A stretch of DNA of 64,000 bases. Origin: an uncultured SAR86 cluster bacterium (GTDB lineage: Bacteria; Pseudomonadota; Gammaproteobacteria; Magnimaribacterales; D2472). The translations under genes were made by a program, and so were the position numbers. The notes below the pieces were generated by a model, which saw only the letters and a list, made by a program, of their open reading frames with translations, was not told the origin of the DNA and ran no database searches. The stretch is from positions 1,943 to 65,942 of the forward strand of contig CABXFE010000002.1 in the NCBI GenBank assembly GCA_902511425.1, read 5' to 3'. Below, one piece after another: positions 12,028 through 20,752 of this stretch. Every line of letters starts with the position of its first letter. The first letter of the stretch is position 1.

Positions 12028-12987
12028 ATGAGTAAACCAAAGTTATTATTTTCAGCTCCATTTTCTTTTCTCAAAGATGATATTAAAAAATTTAGGGAAT
12101 TTTTTGAAATAGATTTCATTGAAATTTGGAAACGAGATGAACTTTTACAATTGCACGCTGATTATGAATTTTGGATACCAAATCCAGGACAAAATTTTGT
12201 GATTGACAATTCTATATTAGAAAAGATGACGCATTTAAAAATTATATCGACTCCTTCAACAGGAACCAATCATATAAACATTCTTGATTGCAATTCAAGT
12301 AACGTTCATGTAGTTGGCCTGCTTGATCAAAAGATAAAGCTTGAATCTATATCCGCCAGCGCAGAATTCACATTTTTAAAAGTACTTTCAAGCCTAAGAA
12401 ATATTCGATTAGCATGGTCGGAAGTTGAATTAAATCGATGGAGAGACAATGAGGATAAAATGAGAGGACATGAAATTAATGAGAGGAGTTTTGGCCTCAT
12501 TGGAATGGGTAGAATTGGGAATAAATTATGTAGATATTTAGAGGCTTTTGAAGCAAGAAAAATTTTTTTTTATGATCCATATGTCAATTGCGACAAATTA
12601 AATATTTCAGAAAAAAAAGATTTAGACTTTATATTTCAAAATTCAGATGTAGTTGTTATATGTTGCGCTTTGAACGAAGAAACAAACTCTATGATCTCTA
12701 AAAAACACCTAGATCTTTTGCCCAAAGATGCTTGTATGATTAATACATCTAGAGGAGAGATTATAAATGAGCAGGAATTAGTTGAGTTTTTAGGGGAAAG
12801 ACCTGACATAACATTTTGTGCTGATGTGATAACTGGAGAGGTAAATGATTTGCAAATGCATAACCCATTAATTCCCCTTCATTTAGAAAAAAAAATTAAT
12901 TTGACGCCTCACATTGCAGGTGCGACATATGGATCCCAAACAAAAGCAGCTGTATTTGCATTTGAGGCTTTGATTGATCATGTTTAA
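12028..12987 (+). CDS. D-isomer-specific 2-hydroxyacid dehydrogenase family protein
   Basis: NAD-binding motif FGLIGMGRIGNKLCRYL, followed by INTSRGEII and TPHIAGAT, typical of the glycerate/phosphoglycerate dehydrogenase family. Confidence 0.75.
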   Translation: MSKPKLLFSAPFSFLKDDIKKFREFFEIDFIEIWKRDELLQLHADYEFWIPNPGQNFVIDNSILEKMTHLKIISTPSTGTNHINILDCNSSNVHVVGLLDQKIKLESISASAEFTFLKVLSSLRNIRLAWSEVELNRWRDNEDKMRGHEINERSFGLIGMGRIGNKLCRYLEAFEARKIFFYDPYVNCDKLNISEKKDLDFIFQNSDVVVICCALNEETNSMISKKHLDLLPKDACMINTSRGEIINEQELVEFLGERPDITFCADVITGEVNDLQMHNPLIPLHLEKKINLTPHIAGATYGSQTKAAVFAFEALIDHV

Positions 12988-13984
12988 ATTTTTTGATGAT
13001 AGAGCAACACTTATTGCTGAAATAGGGGGCAATCATGAAGGGTCTATTAATAAAGCAAAAGATTTAATGTTTGAAGCTGCAGAAAATGGTGCAGATATTA
13101 TTAAGTTTCAATCATACTCAGGCCCAGGCTTGGTAAACAAGAGTCTTCGTCCGGATCGATTCGAGCACTTTGAAGGCTTCATGCTGTCAGACGATCAATG
13201 GATAGACTTAGCTGAGACAGCAGTCAAAAATAATATACATTTTTCTAGTTCGCTTTGGGAGGAGAAATATTTTAACTTATTAGATAAATATATTTCTCTC
13301 CATAAGGTTGGTTCAGGGGATTTAAATAATTTCTTAATGATTAAAAAGTTGATCAGCACCAAAAAACCTCTTGTTCTATCCTCAGCCATGTCTTCAAATG
13401 ACCAGCTAAAAGTAATGTATGATTTTGTTTTAGCGGAAGATCCAAATATCATAAAAGAAAATAGATTGGGAATACTTCAATGTACCGCAATGTATGACAA
13501 TCCCTCATTCCATAATGTTCATTTGTCTGTATTAAAAACATTCAAAGATCAGTTTGACTGCATGATCGGCTTTAGTAATCACGCTGTTGGAATTAACCCA
13601 TCTATTATGGCTCTAGCATTAGGAGCTCAAATTATTGAGTTTCATTATACCAGTTCTAAAGATGCAGCCTTTCGAGACCATAAGCTATCATTTAATGCAG
13701 CTGATCTTAAATATGTTGCACAATTTAACAGGGAAGTTATGGACATGCATGGGGATAGCTGCAAGAAAATTCATTATGATGAACAAGAAAACACCAAAGA
13801 ATTCCGACGAGGCATTTTTTTAAAATCAAATCTAAAAAAAGGCTCAATTATTAATCATGATAATTTAACCTTCTTAAGACCAGAGGAAGGAATCTCAATG
13901 TGGGATTTAAATAAAGTGATCGGAAAAAAGCTTAGGGTAGATGTTTCAGCCCTTGAGCCTCTTAGTTTTGAATTCTTAGATTAA
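12980..13984 (+). CDS. N-acylneuraminate/pseudaminate/legionaminate synthase family protein (NeuB paralog 2)
   Basis: Motifs LIAEIGGNHEGSINKAKDLMFEAAENGADIIKFQ and GFSNHAVG, with a C-terminal SAF-like LTFLRPEEGISMWDLNKVIGKKL. ATG 12980 overlaps the upstream gene by 8 nt. Confidence 0.85.
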   Translation: MFKFFDDRATLIAEIGGNHEGSINKAKDLMFEAAENGADIIKFQSYSGPGLVNKSLRPDRFEHFEGFMLSDDQWIDLAETAVKNNIHFSSSLWEEKYFNLLDKYISLHKVGSGDLNNFLMIKKLISTKKPLVLSSAMSSNDQLKVMYDFVLAEDPNIIKENRLGILQCTAMYDNPSFHNVHLSVLKTFKDQFDCMIGFSNHAVGINPSIMALALGAQIIEFHYTSSKDAAFRDHKLSFNAADLKYVAQFNREVMDMHGDSCKKIHYDEQENTKEFRRGIFLKSNLKKGSIINHDNLTFLRPEEGISMWDLNKVIGKKLRVDVSALEPLSFEFLD

Positions 13985-14047
13985 CCCAACTATTTTCTAA
14001 TCATTATCGTATAATGCTATTTTTCTAAGTAACCTTGGAATATAAGT

Positions 14048-14121
14048 GGCTGGATGGCAGAGTGGTTATGCAGCGGCCTGCAAAGCCGTTTACGCCGGTT
14101 CGATTCCGGCTTCAGCCTCCA
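14048..14121 (+). tRNA. tRNA-Cys (anticodon GCA)
   Basis: Folded by hand. Acceptor GGCTGGA/TTCAGCC, 3-bp D stem, anticodon stem GCGGC/GCCGT with loop CTGCAAA, T arm GCCGG-TTCGATT-CCGGC, discriminator T and an encoded CCA. It closely resembles E. coli tRNA-Cys as I recall it. Confidence 0.93.
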
Positions 14122-14128
14122 AGCTTTT

Positions 14129-14938
14129 ATGAAATCTAAAAAAATGAAAGATATTACAAATGAAGAGCACAAGGATAATTCTGCCCTTTACGGAATAATA
14201 ATTGTTGCTCGATTAAGTTCAAGCAGACTGCCTCAAAAAAATATTATGCCTCTTGTTGGCAAACCAATGATTGAGCATCTCATAGATAGAGTGGGGCAAT
14301 CAAAAAAATCTCCAAAGATTATTATTGCAACAAGCGATGAAAAATCTGATGATCAATTAGAAGAGCTAGCAAATAAAAAAGGGATTCTTTGTTATAGAGG
14401 TTCTCTAAATAATGTTATGCAGCGTATCGTAAGTGCGGCACAAAAATTTAATGTAAAAAACATAATAGAGATTTTAGGCGATAATCCATTAGTGCATGGT
14501 AATTTAATAGATGATGTAATAGATGTCTTTGAGAGAGAAAGATGTGATTACGCAGCTACAGCAACAAAAGAATATGATCAAATACCTAAATCTGTAGCGA
14601 AATTTTCAGTTGGGGTTAGAGTTCAAATATACCCAACAAGAATTGGAGAAAAGTTTCACAACTTCCCTGAATATATCAACAATGAGGAGAAGCATCCGTG
14701 CTCGTTTATATTTGATAATTCTGATAAGTTTTCTGTCCATTTTTTAGAGGCTGATAACAATTGGAAATTTTTAAATAAACCTGATTTGAACTTTGCAGTT
14801 AACTATCCTAAAAACTTCAAGTTTGTTAAAAATATATTTGAGGCCCTGTATACACAAAACCCATATTTTTCTATATCTGATATGTTTAGATATCTTGAAA
14901 CTAATCAAGAGCTATATGAATTACTGGGGCCTGAATAA
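14129..14938 (+). CDS. SpsF/NeuA-type cytidylyltransferase family protein
   Basis: IIIVARLSSSRLPQKNIMPLVGKPMIEH matches the ARxxSxRLPxK signature of SpsF-like cytidylyltransferases. The track ORF start 14054 lies inside the tRNA, so I moved the start to ATG 14129 (ATG 14144 is also possible). Confidence 0.7.
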   Translation: MKSKKMKDITNEEHKDNSALYGIIIVARLSSSRLPQKNIMPLVGKPMIEHLIDRVGQSKKSPKIIIATSDEKSDDQLEELANKKGILCYRGSLNNVMQRIVSAAQKFNVKNIIEILGDNPLVHGNLIDDVIDVFERERCDYAATATKEYDQIPKSVAKFSVGVRVQIYPTRIGEKFHNFPEYINNEEKHPCSFIFDNSDKFSVHFLEADNNWKFLNKPDLNFAVNYPKNFKFVKNIFEALYTQNPYFSISDMFRYLETNQELYELLGPE

Positions 14939-14943
14939 GCTTT

Positions 14944-15897
14944 ATGTTTAGGGCTGGAATTATTGGATGCGGAGGAATTGCTGGTGGTTTTGATGTAAAT
15001 TTGCCCAGTGTAGGAGCCCTATCTCATGCTGGAGGTTATCATTTATCTCAATGCGTAGAACTTATCGCGATTTGTGATTCAGATCTAAAAGTTGCAAAAG
15101 AATTTTCAGAGAAATGGGGGGTTAAAAATCACTATTCAGATTATCAAAAAATGATTGCTGAATTGAATTTGGATATTGTTAGTATTTGTTTGCCAACGGA
15201 GCTTCATTTTTCTTGTTTTAAGCATGTTGTGAAGTCAGACGTAAAAGCAATTTTTTGTGAGAAACCTCTAGCAAAAAACCTTGAAGAAGCCTTAGAGATG
15301 GAAAAAATTTCTATAAATATCCCGGTTAGCATAAATTATTTCAGGAGATGGAATTTAAAAATTTCAGATCTAAAGGTTGATATTGATGCAAAGAAATTTG
15401 GAGATCATCTTCATACTACAGCAAGATATACTAAAGGATTGCTCGGCAATGGTAGCCATGTAATGCATTTAATAGAGTGGTTGTTTGGAGAGCCAACCAA
15501 TATTTCAGGAGTAGATGTTTGCGGAGATTCACCTTCTCATGAAATTGGCGTGAATTTTACTTATAATTATGACATTAATTCAAAGGTTGACTTTAGACAT
15601 ATTCCAACTTTAAATTATATTTTTATAGATATTGATATTCTATTTTCAGAGGCTAGGATTATTTTGTCTCAGAGAGGGCAAAGGCTTTCAATAGAAAAGA
15701 TTGTTGATGATCCAGATTACCCATCTTTTAAAATTTTAGACAATGCATGTTTCTCTGAAACTTCTTGGCGTGATTGCTCAACAAGAGCCATCACTGAGCT
15801 TGCAGATTGTATCAATACTGGAAATAAAACAAGTTGTAGCATTGAAGACTCAATTCAGATTATGAAAAGATACGATCAAATTATTTCATATATATAG
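14944..15897 (+). CDS. Gfo/Idh/MocA family oxidoreductase
   Basis: N-terminal Rossmann motif AGIIGCGGIAGG and EKPLA motif (FCEKPLAKN). Confidence 0.75.
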   Translation: MFRAGIIGCGGIAGGFDVNLPSVGALSHAGGYHLSQCVELIAICDSDLKVAKEFSEKWGVKNHYSDYQKMIAELNLDIVSICLPTELHFSCFKHVVKSDVKAIFCEKPLAKNLEEALEMEKISINIPVSINYFRRWNLKISDLKVDIDAKKFGDHLHTTARYTKGLLGNGSHVMHLIEWLFGEPTNISGVDVCGDSPSHEIGVNFTYNYDINSKVDFRHIPTLNYIFIDIDILFSEARIILSQRGQRLSIEKIVDDPDYPSFKILDNACFSETSWRDCSTRAITELADCINTGNKTSCSIEDSIQIMKRYDQIISYI

Positions 15898-15906
15898 GAA
15901 AGGTTA

Positions 15907-17289
15907 ATGATAAAAAAAACAAAATCTAAACTTGCAATTCATGGAGGATCTCCAGTTAGAAGCTCTCCTTATCCCATTCATTCAACAATGCTTGATGATG
16001 CTGAAGAGAAGCAATTGATTGAGACTATTAGAAAAGGTCATTTATCTGGATTCTCTGCAAGACCTGGAGATAGATTTCTTGGCGGAGAAAAAGTAATCGA
16101 GCTTGAAGAGCATTTTGCTAAAAAATTCAACGTCAAGTTTGCTGTAAGCACAAACTCAGCAACCTCAAGCCTTCATAGTGCAATTTCAGCAATTGGAATT
16201 AGAGAAGGTGATGAAGTAATTACCTCTCCATTTACAATGTCAGCTACAGGTAGTTCAATAGTAATGCAAAATGCTGTTCCGGTGTTCGCAGACATTGAAG
16301 ATAGAACTTTTGGTCTTGATCCAGCATCTGTAGAGAAGTTAATTTCTAAAAAGACCAAAGCAATTCTTACTGTAAATATACTGGGACATCCATCACGTTT
16401 AAAAGAATTAAAGGAGATTGCTGACAAATATAATTTATTTCTAATCGAAGATAATGCCCAATCACCTATGGCTGAAAATCATGGCAAGTTAGCAGGAACA
16501 GTAGGTGACATTGGAATATTAAGTTTAAATTATCATAAATGCATCCAAACTGGAGAAGGTGGCATCGCCTTAACAAATGATCCTAATCTAGCTGAAAGAC
16601 TTCGTTTAATAAGAAATCACGGAGAGGTAGTTGTAGGTAAAATTAATAAAGGTCACATGACCAATCAACTCGGATGGAATTACAGATTATCTGAATTGCA
16701 AGCAGCTGTTGGAATTCCTCAAATTAAAAAATTAGACTATTTAACAAAAATTAGATCAGATTTAGCGTCCATGTTAATTAAAGAACTTGAGCCTTTTAAT
16801 TTTCTAACACCTCCGGTAATTGAGCCCGAAAGCTCTCATGTATTTTATTTATTTGGAATGAGATTTCATGAACATGATGCAGGATTCAGCAGAAAAGAAT
16901 TTGTTAATGCCATGAAAGCTGAAGGTATAGCGTTAAATGAAGGATATGTTTTGCCGATGTATTTAGAGCCAATGTATCAAAATCCTCATCTTACACCTCA
17001 ATTAAATGTTGCATTGTCTTCAAATTTTTTAAAAGATGAATTACCAGAAAATTTTACAAATAATAGAAGTAAACATGATCACAAGAAATGTCCATATGAA
17101 TCACACATAAAAGAAAATTACTCTAATAAATTTTACTCTCCAGGCATATGCCCAATTGCAGAAAAAATGCATGAAAGTGAAATATGCATCACAGATATTT
17201 GCAAATACCCTAACTCCGAAAAAGAGATACTGGAATTTGTTGAGGCAGTTAAAAAAGTTTCTGATGGATTGCTCTCGTTGAATGCATAA
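15907..17289 (+). CDS. DegT/DnrJ/EryC1/StrS family PLP-dependent sugar aminotransferase
   Basis: Motifs DEVITSPFTMSAT and LIEDNAQS. The PLP-lysine region is LSLNYHKCIQTGEGG. It has an insertion of about 60 aa before the conserved C-terminal CPIAEK segment. Confidence 0.82.
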   Translation: MIKKTKSKLAIHGGSPVRSSPYPIHSTMLDDAEEKQLIETIRKGHLSGFSARPGDRFLGGEKVIELEEHFAKKFNVKFAVSTNSATSSLHSAISAIGIREGDEVITSPFTMSATGSSIVMQNAVPVFADIEDRTFGLDPASVEKLISKKTKAILTVNILGHPSRLKELKEIADKYNLFLIEDNAQSPMAENHGKLAGTVGDIGILSLNYHKCIQTGEGGIALTNDPNLAERLRLIRNHGEVVVGKINKGHMTNQLGWNYRLSELQAAVGIPQIKKLDYLTKIRSDLASMLIKELEPFNFLTPPVIEPESSHVFYLFGMRFHEHDAGFSRKEFVNAMKAEGIALNEGYVLPMYLEPMYQNPHLTPQLNVALSSNFLKDELPENFTNNRSKHDHKKCPYESHIKENYSNKFYSPGICPIAEKMHESEICITDICKYPNSEKEILEFVEAVKKVSDGLLSLNA

Positions 17290-18331
17290 CTTATCTTTAC
17301 GACCCCTAGTCTATTTTCAAGATATTGGAGGAACAAGATTTTTACTCCCCGTTATCAATTCATTGTTAAAACTTTTGAAAAAATTTGAAGCAATTTTTAT
17401 ATTCCACGAGAAATCATCAACATTCTCTCAAGCATTATCAGAGAGCTTCAACAATAATTTTGCATATACTTCAATTAAAAATTTTTCAATCAAGGAGTGG
17501 AAATCTATATTGACTGAAGAAAATATTGGTGTGGTTGTTTGTACCATGAGTTCAAAATACATTGATATGACAAACTGCAATCTAATTGCTGCATGCAATG
17601 AGCTTAATATTCAAAGTATTGGTTTCTTTGATCACTGGAAGGGTTTTGATCGTTTAAAAGACGCTGATAACAGGTTCACATATATGACATCTATAGTTGG
17701 TGTGATAGATAATTACGTAAAAGATGGACTTATCAATGAAGGAATAAGCTCTGAAAGAGTTGAGGTAGTTGGGCATCCATTGCTGGAGACAATCTCACCA
17801 AAAAATTATAATAACGATCCATGTGAGGCAATCATAATTTCTCAACCAAATATTTTGGATAAAAGTTTTAATGGCATCTTTAATTTACCATTGTTTGAAA
17901 ATGAGTCTTTCATTGATAGGCTCGCTTCAACCTTTTCATCTAAATTTAGTAATTTAAAACTTCTATATAAATCTCATCCAAAAGAAAAAAAAGCGGCCAT
18001 AGTCAAAGCGGACTTATTTAAAGAATCTTGGGATGAAATAAATAAATCAAAAAAAATATTTCTTGGCTTTGATTCAATGTTGTTGTTTGAATCTTATCTT
18101 TCTAATCATGAGGTAATAATTTTAAATTTTCCTGAATTTAAGAAATATTCAGATAAAAGTATTCCATATGATTTTGGGTATTCCGTTAAAGATTTTAATG
18201 AGTTAGAAAAACGTTTATTTGCTATTGTCAGTGGGGAGTATAATCAGGCTAATACTTTTTCATACAGAGAAGTCATTTGTAACTCTATTGATCGGTCAAA
18301 AAATTTAATTGAAAATACGCTGTTAAAATAA
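17282..18331 (+). CDS. hypothetical protein, possible GT-B-fold enzyme (candidate nonulosonate transferase or UDP-sugar 2-epimerase/hydrolase-like)
   Basis: No confident family match by eye. VEVVGHPLLE and KSHPKE (HP at 17975-17980) recall the HP motif of sialyl/Kdo transferases and epimerase_2-type proteins. 8-nt overlap with the aminotransferase gene. Confidence 0.3.
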   Translation: MHNLSLRPLVYFQDIGGTRFLLPVINSLLKLLKKFEAIFIFHEKSSTFSQALSESFNNNFAYTSIKNFSIKEWKSILTEENIGVVVCTMSSKYIDMTNCNLIAACNELNIQSIGFFDHWKGFDRLKDADNRFTYMTSIVGVIDNYVKDGLINEGISSERVEVVGHPLLETISPKNYNNDPCEAIIISQPNILDKSFNGIFNLPLFENESFIDRLASTFSSKFSNLKLLYKSHPKEKKAAIVKADLFKESWDEINKSKKIFLGFDSMLLFESYLSNHEVIILNFPEFKKYSDKSIPYDFGYSVKDFNELEKRLFAIVSGEYNQANTFSYREVICNSIDRSKNLIENTLLK

Positions 18332-18362
18332 TAGAACAGGCATATAAAAAAGGGGCAAGTTT

Positions 18363-19727
18363 TTGAAAATTTCTGTATACATGGCATCTTATAATTATGC
18401 TGACTTTATTGAAGAAGCCATCAATAGTGTTATCCATCAAACATTAGATGACTGGGAACTCATTGTTATTAATGATGGCTCGACTGATGATACTGAAGAG
18501 GTATTGAAGCAATATGAGTCAAATCAAAAGATTCGTATTATTCATCAACAAAACCAGGGTCTCAATATTACGAATAATATAGCTCTAAGGCTTGCTAGGG
18601 GTGAATATATTATGAGACTAGATGCTGATGATTATTTAGATGAAAATGCATTGTCAGTTTTATCAGATAGCTTAGACCGAAATAAAGCATATGATTTGGT
18701 CTTTCCTGATTATTATGAAGTTGATGAAAATGGAAAAGTATTAGACTTAATTCGAAGAGATAAGCTAGATAATGATGTTGAAATTTTGGATTTGCCTGCA
18801 CATGGTGCATGCACAATGTTCAGAACAAATACATTAAAAAGATTAGGTGGATATATTGAAGATTTTCAATGTCAGGATGGTTATGAGCTTTGGCTTCGTT
18901 TTATTCAAAAATACAAGCCTAAAAATATTAACATACCATTATTTTATTATCGTCAGCACTCTAAGTCTCTGACAAAAAATAAAAAGAAAATTTTAGACAC
19001 GAGAAGAGAAATTAAAAAAAGATTTGTAAAAAAAGAACTTAATGGAAAATTACCAAAAGTTGTTGCCATTATCCCTGCCTCACGACAAACAAATTATATT
19101 AAAAATGATGCACTGATAGATATGTGTGGCAAACCACTCATTTGGTACACAATATCTGAAGCTTTAAAATGTAAATCTTTTGAAGAAATTATCATAAGTT
19201 CTGGGGATGATGACGTTTTAGAGTTTTCAAAAGATTTTAAAAATTTAACTCTTCATAAAAGATCTTTAGAAATTGACACCAATTCTAGTAGGGGTGAGTT
19301 AGGTCTCGATGCCCTTCAATCTCTTTCAAAGATAGACCAAGCAAGTATTGATTATGTTTGTTTTTTAAACGTAAATTCTCCCTTGAGAACAGTTGAGCAT
19401 ATAGATTGGGCAATTAACACGCTTATGATTTTTAAAGTAGATAATGTGATATCTGTAGATGAAGAATTAAATAATTTGTTTCTTCATGGGGAGTCTGGTC
19501 TTTCATCTGTTACTAATTCTGATTCAATAATTAAGCTAGAAAGAGATACGTTGTATCGAGAAAACGGGGCAATAACTTTGACCCATCTAGATAATTTAAC
19601 AAAAGAGGGCTCAAGAAAGAAAACTGGTCATATAACACTTTTGCCACAAGAAAGTGTTCGGATTAATAGCGATTTTGAGTTCTGGTTAGCGGCTAAGCTT
19701 TTGGAGGAAAAAGCTTCGAGCATTTAG
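18363..19727 (+). CDS. fusion protein: N-terminal GT2 glycosyltransferase plus C-terminal cytidylyltransferase-like domain
   Basis: TTG start preceded by AAGGGG. The GT2 part shows ISVYMASYNYADFIEEAINSVIHQT, INDGSTDDT and RLDADDY. The C-terminal half shows VVAIIPAS, LNVNSPLRT, RENGAI and SDFEFWLAAKLL, like NeuA/KdsB-type enzymes. Confidence 0.7.
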   Translation: MKISVYMASYNYADFIEEAINSVIHQTLDDWELIVINDGSTDDTEEVLKQYESNQKIRIIHQQNQGLNITNNIALRLARGEYIMRLDADDYLDENALSVLSDSLDRNKAYDLVFPDYYEVDENGKVLDLIRRDKLDNDVEILDLPAHGACTMFRTNTLKRLGGYIEDFQCQDGYELWLRFIQKYKPKNINIPLFYYRQHSKSLTKNKKKILDTRREIKKRFVKKELNGKLPKVVAIIPASRQTNYIKNDALIDMCGKPLIWYTISEALKCKSFEEIIISSGDDDVLEFSKDFKNLTLHKRSLEIDTNSSRGELGLDALQSLSKIDQASIDYVCFLNVNSPLRTVEHIDWAINTLMIFKVDNVISVDEELNNLFLHGESGLSSVTNSDSIIKLERDTLYRENGAITLTHLDNLTKEGSRKKTGHITLLPQESVRINSDFEFWLAAKLLEEKASSI

Positions 19728-19810
19728 CTCCAAAGAATTTTATCCATTACAATCTTTCATGTCGAATAAAACTGTATAATACCTATTATTAAAACCCTGA
19801 AATAATAATT

Positions 19811-20713
19811 ATGGATAATAGTTCAAACGCGTCATACTCAGATCAAGATATTAATGTTAGAGAGCTCATAGGGGTAATTTGGGCTCAAAAATCTTTAATA
19901 CTTTTAGTTACTTTATTTTCTGGTATTGGGTCTGTAATGTATTCATTATCTCTTGAAAATGAATATACCTCTCAAACAATACTTACTCTTGCTGGTCAAG
20001 AGGTTCAAGCTGGTTCGATGGGAGGCTCATCTGGTCAAATTGGCGGTCTTGCTTCCCTTGCAGGAATATCAGTTGGCGGCACTTCAAACAAATCAGCTCT
20101 TGCTATGAAAACGATTGAATCAAGAGACTTTTTAAGACATCTTCTTCAGTTTGACGGCGTCTTATCCAATCTTGTAGGAATAAAAGAATATAACTCAGCA
20201 ACAAAAACAGTTATATATCAGGATGAATTTTCTGCAAAAAATGCTTCAGCTCAAAAAGATCTTATGTTCCTTGAAATATATAAAGCTTATAGGGGCACGA
20301 TAAATCTTTCTGACGACTCAAAGACTGGATTGATCTCATTATCTGTGACAAGTAAATCTCCTGAAGTTGCATATGATTTAGCAGTGCTAATCTTAAGAGA
20401 GGTTAATAATGTATACAGAGCTGAAGCTCTTGAGGAATCATCAAAAGCTTTGTCATATTTAAATGATAAATTATCTTCAACAATGCAAAATGAAGTAAGG
20501 AAGTCCATGAGTCAAGTTATAGAATCACAGTTGAAAACACAAATGTTTGCTAACATTAGACAGAATTACTTACTTAAGCCTTTTGATAATGCCTTTATTC
20601 CTGATGTAAAATCTGGTCCCTCTAGATCAATTATTTGTATAGTTATAACTCTAGGTGGTTTTTTTACTGCGATCATTTATTCAATAGCAGCTCATTTTTT
20701 AAGAAAAAGTTAA
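19811..20713 (+). CDS. Wzz-like polysaccharide chain-length determinant (PCP without kinase domain)
   Basis: N-terminal Wzz-type segment DINVRELIGVIWAQKSLILLVTLFSGIGSVMYSL, a predicted coiled middle part, and a second TM at the C-terminus (IICIVITLGGFFTAIIYSIAAHF). Confidence 0.75.
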   Translation: MDNSSNASYSDQDINVRELIGVIWAQKSLILLVTLFSGIGSVMYSLSLENEYTSQTILTLAGQEVQAGSMGGSSGQIGGLASLAGISVGGTSNKSALAMKTIESRDFLRHLLQFDGVLSNLVGIKEYNSATKTVIYQDEFSAKNASAQKDLMFLEIYKAYRGTINLSDDSKTGLISLSVTSKSPEVAYDLAVLILREVNNVYRAEALEESSKALSYLNDKLSSTMQNEVRKSMSQVIESQLKTQMFANIRQNYLLKPFDNAFIPDVKSGPSRSIICIVITLGGFFTAIIYSIAAHFLRKS

Positions 20714-20752
20714 TAAAATATCTGCATCAGCTAGAACAGATAGGTAAACATT

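Noticed and set aside
14010-14015. A perfect TATAAT about 33 nt upstream of tRNA-Cys could be its promoter -10 element.
   Set aside because: No acceptable -35 hexamer lies at 16-18 nt spacing, and TATAAT is expected by chance in DNA this AT-rich. It was therefore left out of the feature list.
14054-14128. The track ORF 14054-14938 begins MAEWLCSGLQSRLRRFDSGFSLQAF, which could be read as an N-terminal extension of the cytidylyltransferase.
   Set aside because: These codons are the tRNA-Cys gene read as protein. The real CDS most likely starts at ATG 14129 or 14144.
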